Assembly: GCF_006345805.1 (NCBI RefSeq)
Contig: NC_042998.1
Location: forward strand, 193,688,001-193,752,000
Direction of reading: 5' to 3'
DNA: 64,000 nt
Origin: Octopus sinensis
Lineage: Eukaryota
Shown here: in pieces, positions 52,600-64,000 of the stretch
Numbering within the stretch: position 1 is the stretch's first letter
Layout: each line of letters starts with the position of its first letter
The notes under the pieces: model-generated
The model's database searches: none
What the model saw: the letters and a program-made list of their open reading frames with translations, nothing else
What the model was told of the DNA's origin: nothing
Made by a program: the position numbers and the translations under genes

Positions 52600-53990
52600 A
52601 CTGATGCAAACAAGTTCTGACTGTTTCTCAATGCAAAGGAGACTGAGCACATAACCGTCAATGAGGTCTTGCACATCACACAATAATGAGCTGGGGAAGG
52701 GGAAAAGCAGAATCATCGTCAAGGTCAGAGAAACTCACACTCAGCCGACGTCGTGATCGCTTCTACTTGATGATGAGTTCTTTGTGTTAGATGGGGGTCA
52801 AGAGTATGTCTAAGGATGTAGTTCACTATAATTACAAAAAGAAAAAGAATTAGGATGTCTCCCTGGAGGATTGCTAATGATGTTGGAAAATCTTTAGTTG
52901 GACCGACCATATTTTGTACAAAGTTTGATGGGTTTTCATAAATGATGTTGATGTCTTTGATAATCTCATGTAATGTACCTTAATTCAACAGGATATGTAA
53001 CAGCGTCCCCAAAGTCCATCCCCTCCTCATCGTGGTGGGGACGCCGGCAACGGGTAGTGTGTCAGAGCTATGCCGTCGGGAACTTCGGTTCATGATAGGG
53101 CCATCCAAGGCGGATTGGTTATGACACCAAGTGGTATTAGGGCCTCAACCGGCAGACGGGGCTCTGGTGAAAATCCTCGGAGTGTCTGTTTCGGCAACCG
53201 GCGGCTCCTCGGTCGTTCTGTCCCTGCGTCTGCGGACAATCTGCGGCAGACAGGACGTCTCTACATGCGGGATTGTTGGGGACTGCTAGTGAAATTCATA
53301 TTCCCACGAAACCTCTTCCACTGCCATGGTTCGAGATGCCTCAAGGGTGGTAGAAGAAGCCGACTCAACCCGTCCAGGGTGAATGTTGCCACAAGTGCAA
53401 GTACAAGTAAGATATGTAACATGATCCTTTTGTTAACGCTTTCAAATGCCTTGCAGAAATCCACAAACACATTCGATTATTTTTCCTTGGAGATCCTAAA
53501 ATTTGTTATTCTTTTAAGAGCAAGGATCGGCAGTGTTATTTATCTACCTTTGTGGAAGCTATTTTTGTTTTACTGAAAGATATGAACCATATGAATGAAA
53601 ATTCTATTAAGAAAAACAGAGCTGAACATTTTTTCTTTTTTTTTTTTGCCTAGAAATGTGAATGTAATTTCTTTGTAGTTCTGGGACAGGTGAAGATCTC
53701 TCTTCAGAAATGAGACAAGTGAAGACTTCGAGATGGTTGTTAGTTTCTAAATATCGTTGCACAAACCTAACAGACGTCTATAAGAGTGGACTCTTCTAAT
53801 TGATTGCTAGGATGTTATCTGGACCTGACATCTTGATGCTTCTTGTTCTGTTTTGGTATTTTAAAAATCTTTCCCATGATAAATCTGCCAATCAGGATAG
53901 ACAGGCTACGTGCTCCTTTGTCGTCAAGTTAGGTATTGCCTAAATGGTTTACAATTTAGAATAAGAACTCAAGATGTTTGTCTTGGTGCT
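52600..53990 (-). pseudogene. RTE-like LINE reverse transcriptase relic, split by an insertion
   Basis: FHKGR...ILALKRI...FVDFCKAFESVNKRIMLHI continues as LLN*G...IYENP...AILQGDILILFLFVIIVNYILR once 53003-53421 is removed. Confidence 0.85.
53003..53410 (+). mobile_element. ~408 bp non-autonomous RTE-derived retroposon
   Basis: 11 bp TSD GATATGTAACA at 52992-53002 and 53411-53421. The 5' motifs tcgtggtg...gagctatgccgt...agggccatccaaggcgga resemble RTE/BovB 5' UTRs (from recall). Tail (CAAGTA)n. Confidence 0.85.
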
Positions 53991-54111
53991 AATATGTTTT
54001 TTATAAAGACATTAAGTCCAATATAATGTATTTCGTATGGCTCATTATTGGAATCGCTGTTTTAACTTAAACATACACACACACATACCTATATGTATGT
54101 GTGTATGTATG

Positions 54112-54179
<68 letters not shown>

Positions 54180-54245
54180 TACATATATATGTATATGTGT
54201 ATGTATGGATGTATGTCGTACTTATATAAGGATGGATATTGTACG

Positions 54246-54289
<44 letters not shown>

Positions 54290-54795
54290 TGGTGTGTTTG
54301 TATATAAGTATGTCTGCATGCATGTGTATATACATGTATATGAAATGAAAAATTTCAGCTTCTACCAGAAGAAAAGGAAAGTACTTTAACACTGAAAAAT
54401 AGTGTCAGATTTTATTTATTAAACCTGATATTCAACTTTGCTGACTGAATTTCTTGTCTCCTCACTGCGATTGAAATTTGAGCAAATATTACATGAAACG
54501 ATAATAAGAGTATTCAGAGGGGGGAAAAAAAGAAAAATCGAGAACACTTTATTGGATGCATGTGTAAAGATAAAATCAAATACAAAAAATATTTGATGGA
54601 AAGCATATGCAAAGATAAAATCAACTGGCCATAAAGCAAATGAATTGGATGGAAATAAATAAATGACGGTATAATTCGATCATATTAATTGCTGGCCATT
54701 TTAGGTCATTCACAAAACGCCGTTTATGTTCAGATACTACAAAATACTACACTATTAAAGAAAGAAACTGTATGATAAATTGAGAAAGCTAGTAA

Positions 54796-55795
54796 TCTAT
54801 ATATATAAAGCTGAAGTTGTCTGTGTGTGTGGCAGGTTTGGTAGCCTTCAACTAACACTATCTCCTCCGAGACCCTGCGGCGCAAGTTGACCAAAATTGA
54901 GAGTATGATAGAAGAAGGCTTGCTCTTCATTCCGTAGAAGAAAAAATTCAAATCGGACCATGTTAACACCAAAAATTATTTACATCAAAAAGGTGCTTTT
55001 TTTCTATGAAAATGCCTATTTTTTACGATGTTTTGACTGCTGTGTCGCCATTTTTCGGTGTATTTCAACCAGAAAAATGTTCACTTAAAGAGAATAACAA
55101 GCTACATAATGCAAAATGTTTTACTTTTCAAAGATTCCAATTCTAAAGGGTCGAAACAAACCCGGGCAACTTTCTCTCACTCTTACTTCCTGTTTCTGTT
55201 ATACCTGTAGTTCAAGGGGCCGGCCTTGTCACTCTCTGTGTCACGCTGAATATCCCCTTCATATAATCCCCGAGAACTACGTTAAGGGTGCACGTGTCTG
55301 TGGAGTCCTCAGCCACTTACACGTTAATTTCACGAGCAGGCTGTTCCGTTGATTCGGTTCAACCGGAACCCTCATCGTCGTAACCGACGGAGTGCTTCCC
55401 CTAAAAAATATATAAAGCTGAAGCTGTCTGTGTATGGCAGGTTTGGTAGCCTTCAACTTACACTATCTCCTCCGAGACCCTGCGTCGCAAGTTGACCAAA
55501 ACTGAGAGTATAATAGAAGAAGGCTTGCTCTTCATTCCGTAGAAGAAAAAATTCAAATCGAGCCATGTTAGCACCAAAAATTATTTACATCAAAAAGGTG
55601 CTTTTTTTTTCTATGAAAATGCCTATTTTTTACGATTTTTTGACTGCTGTGTCGCCATTTTTCGGTGTATTTCAACCAGAAAAATGTTCACTTAAAGAGA
55701 ATAACAAGCTACATAATGCAAAATGTTTTACTTTTCAAAGATTCCAATTCTAAAGGGTCGAAACAAACCCTAGCAACGCCGGGCGATACTGCTAG
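54796..55795 (+). mobile_element. Composite non-autonomous Helitron: unit, partial SINE B, unit
   Basis: A|TCTATATATATAAAG start and CTAG|T end. Unit 1 is 54796-55170, the SINE B 3' part 55171-55405, and unit 2 55406-55795. Confidence 0.9.
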
Positions 55796-56515
55796 TATAA
55801 TATAAAATGAGAAAAAAGACGTTTACCTTCAAAAAGTTCTCAGAAACGAACACAACGAAAAACCTCAACGAAAACAAAAAATTATTAAAAAACAAAAACA
55901 AGGAATATGATGTCAGGGCTTTTCGATGAAAATTTGCTATTGCTAATCTGTATTTTGAAAATTACATAGCAAATATTTTGCTTCATGGAGACGATTACAA
56001 TGGATTTTCACAATTCTAGCTATTCCTGTTCAGTTCGGTAGAGCAAAGACCACAAATCAACTTATTTGTGCAATTATCATGATTGTAAGCAGACACAAAA
56101 GCAAGAACAGTCCAAGAACTGTAATTAAATTATATAATGATACTAATACTTGACTCCAGATATAAAACTAATGGTAGACAAATATTACAAAACTCCAAAA
56201 ACGAAGAGTAAAGAAATTAAACAATGTTAAATCTAATTTAACATATGAATGTAAAATAAAATAGTCCGCTTAAATTCATTAAACATATCTTACTTAATAT
56301 ATTGTTACATTATATATAGAACGTTTTATTTTCTTTTTAAAAAGTTATAAACAGAAATATTTTTGGAATAAGCGCTTAAACAGAGCCTAAACAGCAGATG
56401 TTCTGTTATATCTAAATTTGCTTTAAAATTATAACTTTAAATAAACACTCTTCTATCACTTAAAGATTGTTAACTACTTTACGTTTTACCTTATACACTC
56501 GGTTATAATTTCCTT

Positions 56516-56776
56516 GCGGAGGCGCGTGGCTTAGTGGATAGGGTGTCAACATCATGATCGTAAGATTGTGGTTTCGATTCCTAGACCGGGCGACGCGTTG
56601 TGTTCTTGAGCAAAACACTTCATTTCACTTTGCTCCAGTCCACTCAGCTGGCAAAAATAAGTAACGCTGCGGTGGACTGGCGTCCCGTCCAGCTGGGGAA
56701 CACATACGCCATTGAAACCTGGAAACCGGGCCCATGAGCCTGGCCAGGCTTTAAAAGGGCGCATTTATTTTATTTA
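56516..56776 (+). mobile_element. SINE family C, full length
   Basis: Head ggaggcgcgtggcttagtgg, B box ggtttcgattcc and (ATTT)n tail. TSD TTATAATTTCCTT at 56503-56515 and 56777-56789. Confidence 0.93.
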
Positions 56777-57278
56777 TTATAATTTCCTTAATGCTTCGTC
56801 TGGTATTTCAGCTATGAGCTCAAATTTTTTCCAGGATTGGTCTGTGGGAAATACAGAAAATATTTATATTGAGATCGATTTTTTTTACATCCTGGCTGAT
56901 AAAATAAAACCATTCAATGAACTGGTGGGATCTACATGATAGATCATACTCTGGTCAAAAAATCTGACCGTCCGTCAATGTTAGAACTGATACTTGAGAA
57001 GTTCATATATCCATAAGAAATATTAAACGCTTAATTCACTACATGTATTCTTCTAGTTGATTGGTTTTGTAAAGTCCTATATACTTTATTCTAAATTTGG
57101 GTCTTAATATTCGTTGTGGTTGTCTCTGTAATTTACATTGCGTAATTCGGAATATGATCTTAGTTCTCCTTTCAGTTTATAAGGTATAATTCTTTATAGG
57201 GTATACATTTAAGCTTGTATCGAAGCTGGGTATCATGTTCACTTTCTTTAACTGTAACATTAGGCAAACAACAACCAC

Positions 57279-57689
57279 TGATCTTTTCGGTTTGAACGGC
57301 AGCTTTTTTTTTAATAATTTCCACGTAACTAAACACTTTTAAACTTCGTATACTGGTAGAATGTGTTTATAAAACATCTTTTTCTCTTGGCTTTAATTCT
57401 ATAGTTTGTAAGATATTTGTTGGGTTTTTTTTCTTCAATTTCTGCAATTTCAACCAATCAATGACGTCTATTGAGGTGAAAGCATTATGTGCCGTATGAA
57501 AATGTCCCTCGTTTAAGAAACAGATTGGGTTTATTTACATTTGTGAAGTAAAAAAGATACCCTTCCCCACCCCTAACCCTAACCCTAAAACAGATTGAAA
57601 TGCAATAGATCGATACTAGGGTCATAATTATGGGTGAGAATTTCGTATGACACCGCTAGAAAAAACTGCCGTTCAAACCGAAAAGATCC
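57279..57689 (+). mobile_element. MITE copy 5
   Basis: Same TIRs with the first base mutated. TSD ACAACCAC at 57271-57278 and 57690-57697. Confidence 0.95.
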
Positions 57690-58340
57690 ACAACCACATT
57701 TTCTCACCGGTTTTCCATGAATCTACCGAAAGAAACAATTGCAGACATTATATTATGTAAAAATAAAAAGAAACTAAACAAAATAGTTGATTAAAACAGA
57801 TATTTATATAGAATGCACAAAAGAACTTGAAATTTTTCAACAGAAGCTCCATTTAGAGCAGCATATAATAACACAGACAGTGAATCCTTTTAAAATTTTA
57901 TAGCAGACACACCGCTGAGCTATTTCCAGGTCGATGAATGAAACCTGACGCCAGTAATCATAAAATTCAAGTCCGGTGATAACCAATAGAAAACACAGAC
58001 CAACGTCCTGTTATTCTTGTATCTAATAAAACAGCAATAAAACAACAATAACTCCATTAGCTAAAGTCTTTTTATCCAGAATATAATATCAAGATCGTGA
58101 AAATGCTGATGGACTAAGATAATTTATTGCTCCAAACACAGCATAAACAACGACCAACAGTGAAATGCGATATGAAAATATACATAACCGTACTTTAATT
58201 TAGAATTCTTCATATAATACACAATGGTCAAAAGTGATGTGATTGACCCTCTGGGTCAACTTTGATTGAGCAGACCTATGATCAAAGGTGTTTCGATGAT
58301 CAAGACTATCCTGAATCTTTTTTTCACGGTGTCCATCCTT

Positions 58341-58504
58341 AGGCGCAGGGGTGGCTGTGTGGTAAGTAGCTTGCTAACCAACCACATGGTTCCGGGTTCA
58401 GTCCCACTGCGTGACATCTTGGGCAAGTGTCTTCTGCTATAGCCCCGGGCCGACCAATACCTTGTGAGTGGATTTGGTAGACGGAAACTGAAAGAAGCCT
58501 GTCG

Positions 58505-58548
<44 letters not shown>

Positions 58549-58780
58549 CGTGTGTGTGTGTGTGTTTGTGTGTCTGTGTTTGTCTCCCTAGCATTGCTTG
58601 ACAACCGATGCTGGTGTGTTTACGTCCCCGTCACTTAGCGGTTCGGCAAAAGAGACCTATAGAATAAGTACTGGGCTTACAAGGAGTGGGTCCCGGGGTC
58701 GATTTGCTCGACTGAAGGCGGTGCTCCAGCATGGCCGCAGTCAAATGACTGAAACAAGTAAAAGAGATAAAGAGAAAGAG
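58341..58780 (+). mobile_element. tRNA-derived SINE family D with internal (TA)n(TG)n (probably octopus OK, from recall)
   Basis: Head gtggctgtgtggtaag...gggttcagtccc, CORE-like cttgggcaagt and tail gaaacaagtaaaagag. Confidence 0.9.
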
Positions 58781-59366
58781 ATGATGATGTGGCGTGATTT
58801 AACAGACATTTGACTGTTATTTCTAGCAGGTGTTTGCAACAGCTTAGAGACTAATTCGCTGCTTAGTTAAACGTGATGTGATAGTTGATATCTGGAAATA
58901 TGTTCCCATTTCCGTGTCCTACTTTAAGCAAGCGTATAATGGCTAATCATTGATTCGTTGCAATTACGATGGCGAGAGCAACAAAGATAAGAGTTAAGGT
59001 TTATTGTTATTGCCAAGGACCAAAGTCAACATAAATGCAAAAGATGAACATGATGGCGACGATTGTCGCGGTTGGGTGATATTGATTATCAATAGGTAGA
59101 AGAGGGTGATTAAAGGATAGTTTGATTAGTGGTCGCTGTCGATGGACACCTTACGTGATCGCTCAAACAAGCCGAGCGATCACTCATATGATCTCTTCTA
59201 TGGTCTGTTAATGATATTGATGACGGTGATGATGATGATCACAATACGATGGTCATTATGATGATGGTGATACTGATGGTGATGCCGTGATGACGGCGAT
59301 GACACCATTGTTTTGATGTTTACAACTGTCTTGTTAATGACATTGACAGTATAATATGCGGATTAT

Positions 59367-59468
59367 TGTTGGTGGTAGTAGTGTTGTTGCATTTGTTGTT
59401 GTTGTTGGTGGTGGTGGTGGTGATGGTGGTGGTAGTGTTGTTGTTATTGTTGGTGGTGGTGGTGGTAG

Positions 59469-59502
<34 letters not shown>

Positions 59503-59570
59503 AGTATTGTTGTTGTTGTTGGTGGTGGTGGTGGTGGTAGTATTGTTGTTGTTGTTGGTGGTGGTGGTAG

Positions 59571-59601
<31 letters not shown>

Positions 59602-59606
59602 GGTAG

Positions 59607-59640
<34 letters not shown>

Positions 59641-59653
59641 GGTGGTAGTATTG

Positions 59654-59685
<32 letters not shown>

Positions 59686-59687
59686 AG

Positions 59688-59718
<31 letters not shown>

Positions 59719-59720
59719 AG

Positions 59721-59754
<34 letters not shown>

Positions 59755-59765
59755 GGTGGTGGTAG

Positions 59766-59796
<31 letters not shown>

Positions 59797-59860
59797 AGTA
59801 GTGTTGTTGTTGTTGTTATTGTTGCAGTTATTGTTGTTGTCGTTGTTGTCGTTGTTCCTC
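59367..59860. repeat. Higher-order trinucleotide minisatellite [(GTT)n(GGT)n AGT ATT]n
   Basis: About 12 variable units, all in triplet phase. Confidence 0.93.
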
Positions 59861-60164
59861 TTAACGCACAAGCCTTTTCGCAGTCGTCCAAGTTGGTAGT
59901 GTGTTGTTATTGAAGTTCTTACTGACAGCTTCAAGAGCCACCACTTCTGTTGCTGCTGATGCTACTACTGCTGTTGTTGTTGTTGTTGGTGGTGGTGTTG
60001 TTGCTGTTGTTGTTGTTGTTGTTGCTGATTGTTGTTGTTGTTGTTAAGCAACAAGACGGGTAAGGGTGATTAGGTGATGGTCTAGGGCTTAGGGGCGGGA
60101 GACCCCGGACCTTGGGAAAAAAAAAACAGACTTTGGTCGTCTTGTTGTAGTCGAGGGCTCTTCG

Positions 60165-60419
60165 TTTGTTGCTGCTGCTGTTACAGCTAGTACCGCGACT
60201 GCGACTGCTGCTGCTGCTGCTGCTGCTGCTGTTACTACGACTGCTACTGCTGCTGCTGCGATTGCGACTGCTGCTGCGATTGCGACTGCTGCTGCGATTG
60301 CTGCTGCCGCGACTGCTGCTGCTGATGATGATGATATTGCTGCTGTTGTTGGTGTTTTGTTGCAGCTGCTGATGCTGATGCTTTTGCTGGTGCTGCTGCC
60401 TCTGCTATTACTGCTTCCT

Positions 60420-60454
<35 letters not shown>

Positions 60455-60487
60455 ATGATGATGATGATGGTGGTGGTGGTGGTGGTG
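60165..60487. repeat. (CTG)n/(GAT)n/(GGT)n compound trinucleotide tract
   Basis: Seen directly. Confidence 0.9.
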
Positions 60488-60766
60488 TCTCTGCTGCTAC
60501 AACTAGTGATGTCGCCGCATGTTGTTGTTTGTAGCAGATGCTGTTACAAGTATTTCTGTCACTCCCCCCTGTTGCAACTGTTACTTTTTGCTGCTACCTT
60601 TTCCCACAATTGTTGCTGCTGCATCTGTGACTGTATACTTACTACACACTGTTTGCTGCGTGCACAGACAGCTGACGATGTTGATAACTGATGTCATCTC
60701 TCGCTATTTTCTCTGTAATGTTGTTGTATGTGTTGCTTTCATATGGCATTGTCATTTGTTATATTA

Positions 60767-61360
60767 AGGAGGGGAGAGCAGGGAGGAAGGGAGAGATGTA
60801 GGAGGGGAGAGCAGGAGGAAGGGAGAGAAGGAGGAGGGGAGAGCAGGAGGAAGAGAGATCAGGAGGAGGGGAGAGCAGGAGGAAGGGAGAGCAGGAAGAG
60901 GGGAGAGTAGGAGGAAGGGAGGGCAGGAGTAGGGAAGAGCAGGAGGAGGGGAGAGCAGGAGGAGAGGAGAGCAGGAGGAGGGGATACCAGGAGGAAGGGA
61001 GAGCAGGAGGAAGGGAAGGAGAGCAGGAGGAGGGGAGAATAGAAGGAAGGGAGAGCAGGAGAAGGGGAGAGTAGGAGGAGGGGAGAGCGGGAAGAAGAGA
61101 GAACTGGAGGAAGGGAGAGGAAGAGGAGGGGAGGAGGACGAAGTCGTGGGGTGACGAGGGGGAGGAGGAGGTCAAGGGGGGAGGACGATGGGGAAGGAGG
61201 CTGAGGGGAGGACGAGGGGCGGACGAGGGGAGGACGAGGGGAGAAGGAGGACGAGGACGAGGACGAGGGGAGGAGGACGATGAGGGGGAGGAAGATGACG
61301 ATGATGACGACAATGATGAGAATGATGAGAAAGAAGAGGACGAGGGCGAGGACGAGGAGA
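60767..61360. repeat. Polypurine minisatellite (~16 bp GGAGGARGGGAGAGCA unit) grading into (GAG/GAC/GAT)n
   Basis: Seen directly. The + strand is almost entirely G and A. Confidence 0.92.
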
Positions 61361-61771
61361 GAGGCCCTTAAATCTTTGTAGCCTTCTAATGGAGAAACAT
61401 TAATGCGGTTGGTTTTCAGCTAGAATAACTTTGTCAACGCGTGCAGGGAAAGTGCAGGATTTCTCAGAGGGAAATTGTTCAGTGAATCGTATTCAGAGTG
61501 ATAATGTTACAGTTAGGGTAGAAAGGGAATCGAGTGGACTGTCACCGGGGGAGATACAGCGACCTAGTAACAGCATAAAACGAGAAGGAACTAGTGGCTG
61601 TTGTGTGCTGGCGACTAAATTATTTCCACTCAGTTAAATAACCTTATTCTGGATTGGGATGTGAACTGAGGTGTCCCAGTGTTTGCAGAAGTTTGTCCCC
61701 AAATATGACAGAGTAACTCCAAGATAACTCTGTAGCAATTAATACATATATTATACACATATATATATTCT

Positions 61772-61984
61772 TATTTCTTTATTGCCCACAAGGGGCTAAG
61801 CATAGAAGGGACAAACAAGGACTGACAAAGGGATTAAGTCAATTACATCGACCCCAGTGCGAAACTGGTACTTTATTTATTGACCCCGAAAGGATGAAAG
61901 GCAATGCCGACCTCGGCGGAATTTGAATTCAGAACGTAACGACATTCCGCCCGGCGCGCTAACGTTTCTGCCAGCTCGCCGCCT
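61772..61984 (-). mobile_element. SINE family A monomer with small internal deletion
   Basis: Head and tail match family A. Confidence 0.9.
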
Positions 61985-61996
61985 TTGCACACACAC

Positions 61997-62054
<58 letters not shown>

Positions 62055-62180
62055 TTAATAATACTTATTACACAAAAGCAGTTTTTACTTCACACAAATG
62101 TACGTATGCATGTATATATAGAAATACAAAATGGCTGACGGTTAGTAAGGAGAGACACAAATAAGAAAGAAGAAAACAAA

Positions 62181-62225
62181 GGACCACTGATGCGGTCACA
62201 AGAGTGTGACGAAAGAACTCTGGCC
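62181..62225 (+). ncRNA. Minimal type I hammerhead-ribozyme-like motif (variant or decayed)
   Basis: CCA-CTGATGC-G-GTCAC-aagagt-GTGAC-GAAAG-aa-CTC-TGG. Stems I, II and III can be drawn, but A9 is C. Confidence 0.5.
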
Positions 62226-62379
62226 GAAATAAGATTAAGATTAATGTAAAATAATAACACTGAAGCAAAATAACACCAAATATATAGTGCGTGTGTTTTA
62301 TTGGCTAAACTGGCAAAATGACCATTCCGAAATATAACAATATATATATATATATAACAATATATATATATATAACAAT

Positions 62380-62417
<38 letters not shown>

Positions 62418-62641
62418 GTATATATATTATATATATATATATATATATAATATATATATATATGCATGCATACATACATGTGTGTGAAGTAAAAACTGCT
62501 TTTGTGTAATAAGTATTATTAAATACATATACTAATGTATATGCTTTGTGTATTTTCCGGTGACTGCAATGGCGTGGCGAAGCATATAATTTCACATGTC
62601 GCCGGTGTTAAAACACCTTAGTCATGGACAGGCTCCCATTT

Positions 62642-62697
62642 GGGAGAGATGGACATCGATGTTTCGCAATTTTTGTGGCTTGTCAGCACCACACCCC
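62642..62697 (-). ncRNA. Minimal type I hammerhead-ribozyme-like motif at the apex of a 39 bp hairpin
   Basis: The minus strand reads GGTG-CTGACAA-GC-cacaaaaatt-GC-GAAAC-ATCGAT-GTC^CATC, with palindromic stem III ACATCGATGT. G8 is A. Confidence 0.6.
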
Positions 62698-62814
62698 CTC
62701 ATGGCCTGTCCGTGACTGAGATGTTTTAACACTGGCGATATGAGTGTTTATATACTCCGCTACGCCATTCCAGCCATCGGAAAATACACCACCTTTAGTC
62801 GACCCCCAGGACGT

Positions 62815-63060
62815 ATTCTTTGTAAGCCTCGTACTTATTCTATCAGTCTCTTATGCCGAACCGCTAGCTTACGGGGACGTAAACACACCAACATCGGTTG
62901 TCAAGTGACAGCGTGGCGACAAACACAGACACACAAATACATACATATATATATATATATATATGTACGATGGGCTTCTTTCAGTTTCCATCTACCAAAT
63001 CCACTCACAAGGCTTTGGTCGGACCGAAGCAATAGTAGAAGTTGCCATGCAGTGGAACTG
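62815..63060 (-). mobile_element. SINE family D, partial; a second partial copy lies on + at ~63140-63305
   Basis: Reverse complement of 58400-58700. Confidence 0.85.
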
Positions 63061-63095
63061 AACCAACCTGTGCATATATACATATAATATATATA

Positions 63096-63140
<45 letters not shown>

Positions 63141-64000
63141 GTGTGTGTGTGTGGTGGTGTGTGGTGTGTGTCTTGTGTTTGCCCCTCACCACTACCTGAC
63201 AGTTGGTAATGTGTTTATGTCTTCGTAACTTAGCGGTTCGGCAAAAGAACTGACAGAATAAGTACTAGGCTTTAAAAGGTCCTGGGGTCGATTTGTTCGA
63301 CGAAAGCCTGACTATTCAATTATTCTATTTATTCTTTTATTTACTTTCTCACTGATTCTTCTCATTTCAAAAAACTCTCTTGCCTTTGACCACTCCCCTA
63401 AGAACAATAGTTTGCGCCCTGTTTATCTCCTAAATACCAACTTACCCCAAAAAACGTCCCCCACCACCACCCCATTAAATCTGTATAAATACCAGACCCT
63501 TATACTGACAGCCAGCTTCCTGAAGATTTCATCTGAATGAAACAGTTCTAGTCCTGTAGAAGCTCCTTCTATAAAATAAATATATATATATATATTATAT
63601 ATATATATATATAAAGTATATGATTTAACATATTAAACAGAGTTCAACAAATTCATTCATATTTTACGTAAATGGAGGAGACTAGATATTAATATGGATG
63701 ATTTTTTTTATTCATGTAGCTATACGATCGTTTCATACAGAAAGACAGTAAATTCGTTTTAAGAATCTGAGTTGTCAAAAAGTACTCGTCAGTAGCCAAA
63801 AAATAAGAAAAAAGCTAAAAAGACGTTATAATTACTAAGGTATGGTGTTATTACTCATTTTTGCAATATGTTATTGTTCTCGGAGTCATGTCTGTTTAAA
63901 CCAGACTAAAAGATAACACTTGGGCGCTGATATATATATATATATAATACTAATAAGGGTAACATTCTCTTATAGATTTGTATAAAGCAACTGATTTAAA

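Noticed and set aside
59320-59934. Gly/Val-rich or Pro/Thr-rich structural protein ORFs
   Set aside because: Four frames are open because the trinucleotide repeats lack stops. There is no unique domain or evident splice context.
60350-60745. Minus-strand Q/H-rich frame with TAG/TAA at Gln-like positions
   Set aside because: It is equally explained by decayed CAG/CAT repeats, with no homology evidence.

Overview
This is eukaryotic, AT-rich, repeat-dense DNA, and the SINE families and microsatellite load point to an octopus genome (inference from recalled repeat families). I find no intact protein-coding gene, rRNA, functional tRNA or CRISPR array. Nearly all ORFs in the track are microsatellite or SINE artefacts. 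The window is a nest of mobile elements: decayed R4/Dong-type LINEs and a ~555 bp non-autonomous element, all sitting in (TAA)n tracts; RTE LINE relics and an RTE-derived short element; a Penelope-like relic; a Tc1 relic; an autonomous-type Helitron relic and a non-autonomous Helitron carrying a SINE; five copies of an 8-bp-TSD MITE with internal (CCCTAA)n; and several tRNA-derived SINE families. The most interesting observations are (1) evidence that the dominant SINE inserts into its own internal GGTATTT site to build head-body-body multimers, (2) minimal hammerhead-ribozyme-like motifs inside inverted repeats, including a G3-C8 covariant core, (3) a SINE-Helitron composite seen at two loci, and (4) a compact CRE/CCAAT/YY1/ETS/E2F promoter-like cluster followed by an ATG and splice donor near 52.0-52.2 kb. 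Coordinates were counted by eye, and the ends of degenerate elements are approximate.
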